From Octopus vulgaris (lineage: Eukaryota): 64,000 bases of DNA. Shown piece by piece: positions 13,787-27,014 of this stretch. How positions within the stretch are numbered: the stretch's first letter is position 1; each line of letters opens with the position of its first letter. Where the stretch lies: NCBI GenBank assembly GCA_951406725.2, contig OX597832.1:54126001-54190000 (forward strand). The letters run 5' to 3'. The position numbers and the translations under genes were made by a program. The notes below the pieces were generated by a model. The model made no database searches. It was not told the origin of the DNA and saw nothing but the letters and a program-made list of their open reading frames with translations.

Positions 13787-13902
13787 CTGAAGAACAGATG
13801 GATATCCAGAAAATTATGGATGAATTAAAAATGGAAGTTGAAAAGCGAGATACCGATATCAGAAATTTACAGAAGAACTTCAAAGAAGCAGAAACCATTT
13901 TA
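13787..13902 (+). CDS. MED4: MED4 exon 3 (AEEQMDIQK...EVEKRDTDIRNLQKNFKEAETIL)
   Basis: AG acceptor and GTAAGA donor; matches the MED4 coiled coil [23 protein letters not shown]. Confidence 0.93.
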
Positions 13903-16099
13903 GTAAGAACTATTATTTAAAATTGTGTGATGTGTGGGAGACATTTGAGTAAGAACAAACTACTGCGTTTTCTGGTCAGCTTCGCCTGGCCCAGCACTAT
14001 CCGATCGTGGCCGTTTTCCAGCCTCGTCTGGCACGTAAAAAGCACCCACTACACTCACGGAGTGGTTGGCGTTAGGAAGGGCATCCAGCCGTAGAAACAC
14101 TGCCAGATCAGACTGGGCCTGATGCAGCCTTCTGGCTTCACAGACCCCAGTTGAACCGTCCAACCCATGCTAGCATGGAAAGCGGATGCTAAATGATGAT
14201 GATGATGAAGTCAAATTTTTCAGATCAAAGATTTACAGCCAAACAAGATTGGTTGACTTATAAATCAAGATGACTTTGGTGGACCAAAAATTCCATGTAA
14301 AATGCTGCTGGATTTGGAGAAAGAGTGATGATGTTTGAAAGCTTACACTATATACTATTCTGACTTGAAATGCTTCAAAATACAGTATTTGAAAGAATCT
14401 TATATCATTGAAAATGCATGGAAACAGTTTTTTATTTTATTTTCATTTATTACTCTTTTACTTGTTTCAGTCATTTGGCTGCAGCCATGCTGGAGCACCG
14501 CCTTTAGTCGGGCAGATCGACCCCAGGACTTATTCTTTGTAAGCCCAATACTTATTCTATCGGTCGCTTTTGCCGAACTGCAAGTTACGGGGGACAAACA
14601 CAGATACACACACACATGTATACATACATATATATATATATATATATACCTCGTTGCCCCCGTGCCGCTGACACGTTAAAATGCTCGAACCGATCGTGAC
14701 GATGCCGGACCCTCCGGCCCCTGTGCAGGTGGCACGTAAAAAGCACCCAATCCACTCACGGAGTGGTTGGCGTTAGGAAGGGCATCCAGCCGTAGAAACT
14801 CTGCCAGATTCAGACTGGAGCCTGGAGCGGCCCCTGGCTTCCCAGACCCGGTCAAACCGTCCAACCCGTGCTAGCGCGGAAAGCGGACGTTAAACGATGA
14901 TGATGATGATGATGATGATATATATATATATATATATATACGACGGACTTCTTTCAGTTTCTGTCTACCAAATCTACTCACAAGGCTTTGGTCGGCCCGA
15001 GGCTATAGTAGAAGTCACTTGTCCAAGGTGCCATGCAGTGGGACTGAACCCAGAACCATGTGGTTCATAAGCAGGCTACTTACCACACAGCAATTCCTAC
15101 GCCTAAAATTAGCAAATTTTATTCTGGTTTTATTTTTGTAATTCATGTTGTATTTTATTGATATAACTGTCTATGTTTTTAACAGCTTTTCTAGGAGAAA
15201 TAATTTTCAAGTAGATTTAGGATTCAATGACATCCATCCCCTTTAGCTGTTGGACATTTCAAGCACTTTGCTACTGTACTAGCCAGGCTCATGGGCCCGG
15301 TTTCCCGGTTTCTATGGTGTATGTGTTTCCTAGATGGACGGGACGCCAGTCTATCACAGCGTTACTCATTTTTGCCAGCTGAATGGACTGGAGCAACGTG
15401 AAATGAAGTGTTTTGCTCAAGAACACAAAGCGTCGCCCGGTCCAGGAATCGAAACCACAATCTCACGATCATGATGCTGACACCCTAACCACTAAGCCAT
15501 GTGCCTCCACTGTACTACATGGATAGAAATTGGAATAATTAAAGAATAGACATTTCTTTTATAATTTCTTGTAATAATTAATGCAGGCAGCTGAATCAAC
15601 CTATTATATTACTAATATTTATTTTATTGATACAGTGAAATAAAAACTGTTGTTTTTTTCTCAGAACATGTAAAAAGTGTAAAGTATTTAGCACAGTAAA
15701 CTATTGTGGACTGTTGTTTTATTAGTAGTATTGGTGATGATGATGACAACACTTAGCAGGTTGTATATTAACTTTGTGGAGACAAAGAATATATTCGGTT
15801 TAAAAATATACCAAAGAATGGTTACTGATGTGACTAATTCTTCAGGGTAGGCGTTTATAATAACAGGTACTTGGGATGTTTATTTGAATGTCTATTGAAT
15901 GAGAATGGTAGAAATGAATAAGAGAAGGATTCCAGAATGGAAAAATCTTTGTCAGTTTATTTAATATATGGAGATTTTTTTGTTCTTTATTTGTTTTTTT
16001 TTGTTTCATCCCCCTCTTTTTTCTTTATTTTCTTTTATTTTATTTTTTTTTGCCATTCTTAGAATCTCATGATAAAAAAATATGATTGTTTCTTTTCAG

Positions 16100-16244
16100 G
16101 CAACTGCAATCTACCAAGCGAAGCAGAAATTGAACTCCATTGCCCAAGCTAACAAAAAGACAATATCATCTGAGGAACTTATCAAATTTGCACACAGAAT
16201 CAGTGCCAGTAATGCTATTGCAGCACCTGTTACATGGGCACCTG
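16100..16244 (+). CDS. MED4: MED4 exon 4 ([11 protein letters not shown]...[26 protein letters not shown])
   Basis: ttttcAG acceptor, GT donor at 16245; diagnostic MED4 motif [19 protein letters not shown]. Confidence 0.95.
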
Positions 16245-17977
16245 GTACTGTATTGGTTTCTTACTCTTTTCTACATGTCTACATGTCACTCTTACTCTTT
16301 TACTCTTTTACTTGTTTCAGTCATTTGACTACGGCCATGCTGGAGCACCGCCTTTAGTCGAGCAAATCGACCCCGGGACTTATTCTTTGTAAGCCCAGTA
16401 CTTATTCTATTGGTCTCTTTTGCTGAACCGCTAAGTGACGGGGACATAAACATACTAGCCCTAGGGGGACAAACACAGACACTCAAACATATACACACAC
16501 ACTTATATATATATACATATATACGACAGGCTTCTTTCAGTTTCCGTCTACCAAATCCACTCACAAGGCATTGGTCAGCCCAGGGCTATAGCAGAAGACA
16601 CTTGCCCAAGATGCCACGCAGTGGGACTGAACCCAGAACCATGTGGTTGGTTAGCAAGCTACTTACCACACAGCCACTCCTGTTGCTCACCTTTGTCTTT
16701 TTGCACATGCATGTGAAATGCAATCAATGTATGTGTATACATGTGCGCATGCACACACACACACACACAGACAACATATATATATATATTTCTTTACTAC
16801 CCACAAGGGGCTAAACACAGAGGGGACAAACAAAGACAGACAAAGGGATTAAGTCGACTACATCTACCCCAGCGCGTAGCTGGTACTTTATTTATCGACC
16901 CCGAAAGGATGAAAGGCAAAGTCAACCTCGGCGGAATTTGAACTCAGAACGTAACAGCGGACGAAATACGGCTACGCATTTCGCCCGGTGTGCTAACGTT
17001 TCTGCCAGCTCACCGCCTATACAGACATATATATAATTTATTGTAAAGACAAGGTGTACGAAGGGGTACTGTAAAGTTCCAGGCTTTAAGGGTATCACAA
17101 AAGGCCTTCCAAATTCTTTTACAGGGCTTAGGAAAACTGAAGGACTGCTGCAATAAGTGTGTGAATCAGAGAGGGGAATATGTAGTGTTTTCTTTTACCC
17201 AAAGCCAGGAGCTTTTCAGTACCCCCTCATACACCCAGACACACACAACACTCTTTCATATGGTATTATGAATAAAGTAAAGGGTGTTTATTTATCATAT
17301 CGTTAAAATTGACTACTTGTCACCATCATCATCATCATCGTTTAACATCCGCTTTTCATGCTAGCATGCGTTGGACGATTTGACTGAGGTCTGGCGAAGC
17401 AGATGGTTGCACCAGGCTCCAATCTTAATCTGGCAGAATTTCTATAGCTGGATGCCCTTCCTAATGCCAACCACTCCGAGAGTGTAGTGGGTGCTTTTAC
17501 ATGCCACCGACATGAGGGCCAGTCAGGCGCTACTGGCAACGGCCACGCTCAAATGGTATTTTTTACGTGCCACCTGCACAGGAGCCATACTGTTCCTTAA
17601 TTACAAGTTCCTTGTTAGACAACAATTACCTGATGTCAACATTAAGAGGATCCACAATATTAACAGCTTTTCATGTGGTTGCACACTTTAGACGTCAAGT
17701 GGTCTTGAAGATCTGGGTGGTCTTTATAGTTTTTCATCCAACCAATCAGTTAGGTACTATATATTATTGATGTAATTTATTATCATAGTTGTTGTCATCA
17801 TTATTTAACCTCCACCTTCCCTGTTAGCGTGGGTTGTGGTTTGATCAGGGTCGGCAAGCCAGAAGACTGCACCGAATTCTACTGTCTGTTTTGGCATGGT
17901 TTCTATAGCTGGATGCCCTTCCTAATGCTAACTATTGCACAGACTTCACAGCCACTCTTAGGCGTAGGAGTGGCAGT

Positions 17978-19104
17978 GTAGGTTGTCTGGAAAGTTCTGA
18001 GCATTTTTTAATATGCAAACATGGATGTAAATAATTGACCTTTCAATAAATTTTATTCAAGGAAATCATTTCCATAATTATTAATGACCTTTGTCCATCT
18101 ATCAGCATAAAATTTGACTGGTTTTGAAGAAAAAAGTTATCTAGTAGCATTTTGACTCCATCTAAATTTTAAAATATTTTCCCTTGCAATTAGTTCTGTA
18201 GAGACAAAAAAACAAGTGGTAGTCAGATGGTGCAATATCAGAAGAATATGGTGGATGGGTTAAGAGATCCTAGCCAAGTTCATGTAACTTTGAGTAGCCA
18301 GACACATGTGGTCAGGCATTGTCTTGTTGGAACACGACTCCTTTCCTGTTGGCAATCTCTGGCCTTAATTCTTTGATTTTTTTTTGGGGGTTCAGATTAA
18401 CCAGCTGATGACTGCACATCAGAATTAATGGACTGGTTCTGTGGGAAAAGCTCATAATAAATAATGCCTTTATGATTCTATCAAACACAAAGCATAGCTT
18501 TTTTGGCATGGATATTCGTCTTTGGTTGCTGTTTTGGGGGATCCTTACACAAACTCTTTGTTGTTTATTGCACTACACTTCCGTACACAATCCCTTTTAC
18601 ATCTCCAGTCACAAATTGTTTCTAAAAAGGCTTGCTTTCATTCCATTTCAAAAGCATATCACAAAGGGAATACCAGTCCAAACAGTTCTTTTCTGAGAGT
18701 TTGTGAGGGACCCATACATTATTGTGAGAAATGTATCCTAGCTTCACTAGGTGTTCCTGAGCTGTACTTTTAGAAACTTTCAATTCCCTTGCAAGTTCTC
18801 TAGTCGTAATATTTGAGTTTTCTTTGATTTTTGTCTTCAAAACATCTTCATCCAGTTTTGAAGGTCTTCCACTGCGACCGTCATCTTCCAAGCTAAACTC
18901 TCCAGCTTTAAATTTTGCAAACCACCTTCGAACTGTTGATTCACCTACAGATAACCAGAATGAAAGATAAATCTATTTTTAGTCAGGAACAAAGAAGAGA
19001 TGCATTACCACTTGAAGCAATGCCAAAGTTTTAACTGTGTTACGTTTCAGGTGTGTTCAATGAAGCGTTAAAAGATTTAACTTAGAACTTTCCGGACAAC
19101 CTAA
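17978..19104 (-). mobile_element. Decayed mariner element (~1.1 kb) in MED4 intron 4
   Basis: TIRs TAGGTTGTCTGGAAAGTTCT / AGAACTTTCCGGACAACCTA. - strand fragments EDDGRSGRPS (HTH linker), WVPHKL, FQQDNA and HPPYSSDIAPSDYH, broken by stops and frameshifts. Confidence 0.9.
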
Positions 19105-19350
19105 TGAGGAGGTAGCTTTGTGGCTGGTCAAGATATAATATTTTAAAACTGTTTTATGGTTGCTATTATTTAGCAATATTCATGTGTGGCATGTTATATT
19201 CAATAAAAGACCATTTCATGTTGAAATTGTCTCTGGATAAGAATATTTGCACTCCTTCTGTCGCCTGTCTTCAAAGTGAACCTGTTCCTCTGCTCTTCTT
19301 TCTTGAAGATGGATCTGCGGTTTATTTAATGTCTTTTTAACCTAGTTTTG

Positions 19351-19589
19351 CGGCGTGGAAGGTGTTTATAAGCCATTTAAGAAACACAAAAAACCGTTAG
19401 ATTCACTTCAACATTTATATTTAATTTGTCAAAATATTTTCGTCGCTTTGAGACCGCGACCTGTTCGCTGACAAAATTCCGCACTGCATCTTGTCAGTGA
19501 ACAGGTCGAGGTCTCAAAGCGACGAAAATATTTTGACAAATTCAATATAAATGTTGAAGTGAATCTAACGGTTTTTGTGTGTTTCTTAA
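19351..19589. mobile_element. Palindromic insertion with 14-bp target-site duplication
   Basis: ~98-bp inverted arms 19377-19474 / 19491-19589; TTAACCTAGTTTTG at 19337-19350 and 19590-19603. Confidence 0.8.
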
Positions 19590-20080
19590 TTAACCTAGTT
19601 TTGTTCATGCTAATATGAGTTTTTTGTTTTTGTTTTTACTTCGGTTTGCTTTTGATTTCACTTTAATTTCATAACTGATGGTTTTCATTAAAGGGGAAGA
19701 ACTCTTCAGGCCTTACTGCTACCTTCAGTTCCTGGTAAAATTATATAAACTATCGTCCTTTAAAAGTACATTTATTATGATAATGCTAACGTAAAAAAGA
19801 CCATTTCGAGCGTGGTCGTTGCCAGTACCGCTTGACTGGCCCTCGTGCCGGTGGCATGTAAAAGCACACTCTCGGAGTGGTTGGCGTTAGGAAGGGCATC
19901 CAGCAGTAGAATCTCTGCTGGATCAGATTGGAGCCTGGTTGCAACCATCTGGTTCGTCAGACCTCAGTCAAATCGTCCAACCCATGCTAGCATGGAAAGC
20001 AGACGTTAAACGATGATGATGACACACACGTGTGTGTGTATTTATACATATACACATTTATATGTGCTTGTGTATGCATT

Positions 20081-20111
<31 letters not shown>

Positions 20112-20751
20112 TCTTTTATTCTTTTCTGCCATTTGACTGAGATCATGCAGGAGCACCGCCTTGAAGGGTTTTTGTTGAACAAATGGACCTCAGGACTTAT
20201 TTTTTTTAAAGCCTGGTACTTATTCTATTGAGCTTTTTTGCTGAATCACTAAGTTACAGGGACGTAAGCACACCAACATCGGTTGTCAAGCAGTGATGGT
20301 GGGGGACAAACACAGGACACAAAGACACACATACACATATACATATACGACAGGCTTCTTTCAGTTTCCATCTACCAAATCCACTCACAAGGCTTTGCTC
20401 AGCCCGAGGCTATAGTAGAAGACACCTGCCCAAGGTGCCACACAGTGAAACTGAACCTGGAACCATGTGGTTTGGAATTAAGCTTCTTACCATGCACACA
20501 CATAAACAAATGTTTTAAAAATATATTCTAAATATCCGACTCTTTAGCATTTAAACTGGCCAGATCTGGCCTCTCACACCTACCCTACAATGTCATCCTA
20601 AAAATAAACAGTCACATCATTTAAATCTCAGACCCACAAGATAATGCATGATTAATTCAAAACAATGTGAATAAATAAACCTTACATTTGACAGAGTAAT
20701 CTGAATTCTAAAAGGTTAATCTATTTTAATTCTGTTTATTTATGTTTGTAG

Positions 20752-20805
20752 GAGACCCTCGTCGACCATATCCAACAGATTTTGAAATGCGTCATGGCTA
20801 TTTGG
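20752..20805 (+). CDS. MED4: MED4 exon 5 (GDPRRPYPTDFEMRHGYL)
   Basis: tgtAG acceptor, GTATGT donor at 20806; conserved MED4 motif GDPRRPYPTD.EMR.G.L. Confidence 0.95.
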
Positions 20806-21407
20806 GTATGTATTAGTTTTTATTCCTTTCTGGTTTGAAAATGATTTTTTTTTTGCAGCCTGTTTTCATGGATCAGTATTTGTACATGTGAATTCAACAT
20901 CATCATTTAGCATCCACTTTTCCCTACTTGCATGGATGGAGTTTAATGAGGCAGATTTTCTACAGCTGGATGCCCATCCTGTTGCCAACCATCTCCTGTT
21001 TCTAAGCAAAGTAACATGTTTCTTGCGGAAGACTAGAAATAAACAGCCTGGCTTGTATGGCAATGAAGCTAGTTGATTCTATCTGCAGATGGAATGTTTC
21101 TTTAATATGGAATGTTCCTGTATATATGGAATGGTGTACCTTTAACCCTTTGATTCCAACCTGCCAGTGATGTCTGGATATATGTATGTGTGTGTGTGTG
21201 TATATGTTTGTGTTTCTTCAACATCGCTTGACAACTGATGCTGGTGTATTTATGACCCTGTAACTTAGCAGTTCAGCAAAAGAGACCAATAGAATAAGTA
21301 CTGGGCTTACATAAATAAGTCCTGGGATTGAGTTGGTTGACTAAAGGTGGTGCTCCAGCATGGCCACAGTCAAATGATTTCAGGCCCTTGTGCCTATAGT
21401 ACAAAGG

Positions 21408-21454
<47 letters not shown>

Positions 21455-21837
21455 CACCACCACCGCTGCTGCTGCTACTACTGGATAAGAGTACACACAA
21501 ACATACACACAGATACACACATATTTTCATCATTTAATGTCTGTTTTTCATGCTGGCATGAGTTGGGTGGTTCGGCAGGAGCTGGTAGTGGTGAGCTGTC
21601 AGAAACGTTAGCATGTCGGACGAAATGCTTAGCGGTATTTCCTCTGCCGTTACGTTCTGAGTTCAAATTCCGCCAAGGTTAACTTTGCCTTTCATCTTTT
21701 CGGGGTCGATAAATTAAGTACCAGTTACTTACTGGGGTCGTTGTAATCGACTTAATCCGTTTGTCTGCCCTTGTTTGTCCTCTCTGTGCTTAGCCCCTCG
21801 TGGGCAATAAACAAATAAGAAACCTTGCCAGATCAGA

Positions 21838-22009
21838 CTGTTTTAGCTGAAGAATGGACAAAAATTCCTTTGGAAACAATTCAAACTTTGTACGAGTCTA
21901 TACCTCATAGAATTCAAACTGTAATTGCTGCCAAAGGTGATCCTATACAATATTAAAATAAATTTGTTTGAAATTTTAAGATTTTTTCCATTATTTTGTG
22001 CAACCCCTG
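21838..22009 (+). mobile_element. Tc1-like transposon 3' fragment
   Basis: LAEEWTKIPLETIQTLYESIPHRIQTVIAAKGDPIQY* (Tc1 C-terminus), then TIR-like TTCCATTATTTTGTGCAACCCCTG. Confidence 0.8.
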
Positions 22010-23999
22010 TGGTACCAGTTTGAATTCTATGAGGTATAGACTTGTACAAAGTTTGAATTGTTTCCAAAGGAATTTTTGTCCATTCTTCAGCTAAAACAGC
22101 CTGATCTGGCAAAGTTTCTTATTTCTTTATTGGCGGAATTTGAACTCAGAACGTAACGGCAGACAAAATACCGTTAAGCATTTTGCCCAGCGTGCTAACA
22201 TTTCTGCCAGCTCGCCGCCTTAAGGTTTCTACAGCTGGATGCCCTTCCTAACACCAACCTTTCCGAGAGTGTAGTGAGTGCTTTTTATGTGCCACTGGCA
22301 TAAGATAATGATGCATAATTAATTCAAAATAATGTGATTAAACGAGGATTATATTCAACAGAATAGTCTGAATTCTAAAAGGTTAATTTAGCACTTTGCC
22401 ATTTTTGCCATCAATAAAACAAAAAGCAGCTTCTGTTAATGGATTCCATTACCTTAACCCTTTTGGTACTACATCTCTTTCAAAATACGCTGCCCGCGTT
22501 TCAATTAATTTTAGAAATAATGAAGAATTTAATAAAATAACTTTGTCATTATTAGGCTGGTGTTTGGAACATCAACAGACAGAATTTTGATAGAAAGTTT
22601 TAATTTAGATCATCATCCTCCTCATCATCGTTTAGCGTCCGCTTTCCATGCTAGCATGGGTTGGACAGTTCAACTGGGGTCTGGGAAGCCAGAAGGCTGC
22701 ACCAGGCCCAGTCTGATCTGGCAATGTTTCTACGGCTGGATGCCCTTCCTAACGCCAACCACTCCGTGAGTGTAGTGGGTGCTTTTTACGTGCCACCGGC
22801 ACAGGTGCCTGACGAGGCTGGCAAACGGCCACGATCGGATGGTGCTTTTTACTATAGGCCTAAGGGCTCTCACTGGCAGGTTGGAATCAAAGGGTTAAAG
22901 GTACACCATTCCATATGTACAGGAACATTCCATATTTAAAGAAACATTCCATCTGCAGATAGAATTAAAGTTTATTATGTATAAACATTCTTATCAGGAA
23001 AGGATCTGATATATATCAGTTCATTATCTGCTAGGCTGCTTTAATTAGCATAGTTTCTCTATTCAGCTAGACTGCTTTAATTAGCATGGATTCTAAGCAG
23101 TTAATAATTATGCTGTAGTTTAACTGAAGTGGCTGGGATGGTAGGGTCTTAAAATAAATACTTTCTCTGTTTTAGTTCCATCTGCGTGAATTTTGAGTTC
23201 AAGTGGTGCTCAGGATCAATTAAGTAAGCTCTCCCCTACAACCCTGTAAACCATCTGTCTGTCACAGTCTTAGAAATTACTATTGCAGCATAATTAAGTT
23301 TCACTATTAATTATCATATCCGGTAAGTTTACTGTTATCAATTCACTGCAGGGAAAGTTCACTATAGGTGCAGGAGTGGCTGTGTGGTAAGTAGCTTGTT
23401 TACCAACCTCATGGTTCCGGGTTCAGTCCCACTGCTTGGCACCTTGGGCAAGTGTCTTCTACTATAGACTCGGGCCGACCAAAGCCTTGTGAGTGGATTT
23501 GGTAGACGGAAACTGAAAGAAGCCCGTCGTATATATGTATATAGATATATATATATGTATGCGTGTGTGTGTTTGTGTGTCTGTGTTTGTCCCCTAGCAT
23601 TGCTTGACAATGCTGGTGTGTGTTTACGTCCCCGTTACTTAGCGGTTCGGCAAAACAGACCAATAAAATAAGTACTGGGCTTACAAAAGAATAAGTCCCG
23701 GGGTTGAGTTGCTTGATTAAAGGCGGTGCTCCAGCATGGCCGCAGTCAAATGACTGAAACAAGTAAAAGAGTAAAGAGTGTCATCAGCTCACAATTTTTT
23801 GTCGGTAAAATAGTTTTTAACTATTAATAGTGAGATGTTATGGATGTATTTTCTCAGTAAACTTTCCTTGCAGTGAACTTTCTTTATGGAGAAATGATGG
23901 CTGTGAGCTCTCTCTTGTGATGGACTGATGGCAGTGAACTTAACTGTAATCATTAATTATGTTTATATTAAGCATTGTAATATTGTGTTTCTTTTTCAG

Positions 24000-24292
24000 A
24001 TCATATGCAAAACTCACAGAGCAACACACTCAACTGGCAGTCTTCATCGTTGCAACCTCCACTGGCACCTCCACCACAGCCACCATCATCATCTGTACCA
24101 TCTCTCGATCCTCCCACACCAATGTTTGGTCTCTCGGCTAGTGGTCTCAATACCTCAATGGGAAGTGGTGTAGCAAGTAGTGCTGGACTCTCAGAATCTA
24201 TTCGGAATCATGCTTCAAGGGATAACGAAGATGTTGAAATAATGTCTAGTGATTCATCCAGCAGCAGTTCGAGTGATGAAGAAAACCCTTAA
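24000..24292 (+). CDS. MED4: MED4 exon 6, terminal (DHMQNSQ...EDVEIMSSDSSSSSSSDEENP*)
   Basis: tttttcAG acceptor, phase 1; ends in the MED4 tail DVEIMS.DSSSSSS. The six exons sum to 792 nt = 263 aa + stop. Confidence 0.92.
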
Positions 24293-24332
24293 CGTCTCAA
24301 GAGTTTTGTCCGTCTTTATTTGTTGTAACATT

Positions 24333-24338
24333 AATAAA
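24333..24338 (+). terminator. Candidate MED4 polyadenylation signal AATAAA
   Basis: AATAAA 40 nt after the stop, followed by T/GT-rich sequence. Confidence 0.55.
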
Positions 24339-24412
24339 ATTTCTATTAGTTTTTGTTGTAATGTTTTTTTAATCTTCCAATTAATTGAACAACATCTTCC
24401 AAATTTAATTTC

Positions 24413-24792
24413 ATCATCATCATCATCATCTTCGTTTAGCGTCCGCTTTCCATGCTAGCATGGGTTGGACGGTTCAGCTGGGGTCTGGGAAGCCAGAAGG
24501 CTGCACCAGGCCCAGTCTGATCTGGCAATGTTTCTACGGCTGGATGCCTTTCCTAACGCCAACCACTCTGTGAGTGTAGTGGGTGCTTTTTATGTGCCAC
24601 TGGCACAGGTGCCAGACGAGGCTGGCAAACACCCACGATCGGATGGTGCTTTTTACGTGCCACCAGCATGGGGGCCAGGCGAGGCTGGCAACGGCCACAA
24701 TCGGATGGTGCTTTTTACATGCCACCGGCATGGGGGCCAGGCGAGGCTGGCAACGGCCACAATCGGATGGTGCTTTTTATGTGCCACCAGCA
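24413..24792 (-). mobile_element. SINE/LINE-tail family C with (GAT)n tail and internal ~60-bp tandem units; other copies near 72-245, 9440-9860, 12095-12460, 13990-14207, 14660-14918, 17325-17585, 19800-20020, 22610-22850
   Basis: Recurrent block (CAT)n-CGTTTAGCGTCCGCTTTCCATGCTAGCATGGGTTGGAC...GGATGCCCTTCCTAACGCCAACCACTCC in both orientations. Confidence 0.85.
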
Positions 24793-25309
24793 TGATTTCT
24801 CTATCAATAAACTTGTAACATATTTGAAATATTGGTTTCAAATTTTGGTACAAGGTCAGCTGTTTCAAAGAATGGGCTAAGTTGATTTTCATCGACCCCA
24901 GTAGTCAGTTGGTACTCATTTTATCAACCCTGAAAGGATGGAAAGCAAAGTTGACCCTGGCAGCATTTCAACCCAGAATGTAAAGACAGATAAAATGCCT
25001 CTAAGCATTTTGCCCAGCATACTAACGATTCTGCCATCTTACTGCCTTAACTCTTTAGCATTTAACTCTGTATTTATTTTGAAATGCTCTGTGTGTCATT
25101 CAATTACTTTAAATATAACAAAGAATTTAGTAAAATAACTTGGTTATCATTAAGCTAGTGTTAGGAACATAAATTGTGACTAAGGTTTGGTGGAAGATTT
25201 TAATTCAAAACTTATGAAAAACAAGACATTTGTACTACAGAGCAAGAGGTGGTTTCAGTCAGGTTGGTATCAAAAGGGTTAAGAATTGTTTCTCTATTAT
25301 ATATTTTAA

Positions 25310-25515
25310 CCCTTTTGTTACCATATTTCTGTTGAGATGCTCTGTGTTTCTTTCAATTAATTTTAGATATAACAAAGAATTTAGTAAAATAACTTGGTTA
25401 TCATTCAGCTAGTGTTAGGAACATAAATTGTGACTAAGGTTTGGTGGAAGATTTTAATTCAAAACTTATGAAAACAAGACATTTGTACTACAGAGCCAGT
25501 TTGGTACTAAAAGGG
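25310..25515. mobile_element. piggyBac-type MITE; a related partial copy lies at about 25060-25282
   Basis: TTAA on both sides (25306-25309, 25516-25519); TIRs CCCTTTTGTTACCA / TGGTACTAAAAGGG. Confidence 0.7.
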
Positions 25516-25816
25516 TTAAACCCACCATATCTGGCCCAATTATTCTTCCTGTTTTATGTTTAAACTGGCCAGATTCAGCCTCTCACACCTATCCTACAAT
25601 GTCATTCTAAAAATAAACAATCACTTCATTGAAATCGCAAACCTACAAGCTAATGCATAATTAATTAATTAATTCAAAGCAATGTGAATAAATAAACATA
25701 ACATTTCATAGAGTAAGCCGAATGCTAAAATGTTTAAAATATTACAAAAGCTTTACAGCTACTCTTTATCATAAAACCTGCACCTGGTGTTCTCAATAAA
25801 ATTTTATACCTTTAGT

Positions 25817-26192
25817 ACTTTATATATAAAACTGAAGTTGTGTGAGAGTCTGTCTCCGATTTAGATTCCTAACTACTCCCACATTTTGCAGTGCACTTTA
25901 ACCAAAAGTGGGTATCTTATAGTCGTGATTCATATCGAGCCCTTCTGGGTATTAGCGCGTCTACGATGAGTACAATTAAAAAAAAAATTACCATCATTTT
26001 TTCGTTTTTTAATGCATTTTTGCTCGGTTTATATAAGGGAAGTAACTCTCTAAAAATGCTTCTACAGCTATGCCCTTCCTAATGCCAACCACTCCATGAG
26101 TTATTTCCCGTTACAAACCAGGGTAGGCTGGCAGCGGCCAATGTGCACCAGTCAAGGTGGCACTGGCATCGGCCATGTTTGGATACTGCTAG
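25817..26192 (+). mobile_element. Non-autonomous Helitron, degenerate mosaic copy
   Basis: Homologous to 31136-31534; ends GATACTGCTAG|T. Confidence 0.7.
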
Positions 26193-27014
26193 TTTATTCT
26201 AAAAGTCACTAGCGTAGCAGTTCAACCTGTTAATGACATCATTTACAAAATATATGGGCTGGGGGTGCTATGAAATTATTTCATCGTAAGTTATTTAGTC
26301 CTTTCACAAAATAACCATGAAATTAAATGTCGTGGTTATTCGTCAATACTTGTGACTATATGCCTGCTGAATGAGGGATGGCCTATAAAACTGGTGTTTT
26401 CTGCAAGTTACGTTGCCACAATAAACTTGACATATTTCAACAGAGAATAGTGTCAAACATGACATTACTTAACAAAAGATAGACTGGTATATAAAACTAC
26501 TTTCTGCAGTTAAGGATAATGAAATTTTGAGTGGCTGTATTGGTTTTCTGCAGTAAAAGGATTCATTTTAAATAGATTTCGTTTTTGTATATTAGCATGA
26601 CGACTCCCTAGACACAGAAAAATTTAAATGTGGCTGTGTGGTAAGTAGCCTGCTTACCAACCACATGGTTCCAGGTTCAGTCCCACTGCATGGCACCTTA
26701 GGCAAATGTCTTCTGCTATAGCCTCGGGCTGACCAAAGCCTTGTGAGTGAATTTGGTGGATAGAAACTAAAAGAAGCCCATTGTATACTCTTTTACTTGT
26801 TTCAGTCATTTGACTGTGGCTATGCTGGAGCACCACCTTTAGTCAACCAACCCAATCCCAGGACTTATTTTTGTAAGCCTAGTACTTATTCTATCGGTCT
26901 CTTTTGCTGAACTGCTAAGTTACTGGGACGTAAACACACCACCATCGGTTGTCAAGCGATGTTGGGGGGGACAAACACAGACACACAAACATATACACAC
27001 ACACACATACATTA

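Noticed and set aside
20806-23999. Extra MED4 exon between exons 5 and 6 (the conserved Gly after GYL is replaced by Asp in the model)
   Set aside because: The acceptors I tried (about 21088, 22997, 23175, 23351) give stops or the wrong phase; the 6-exon model is in frame and of normal length. A small exon cannot be fully excluded without RNA data.
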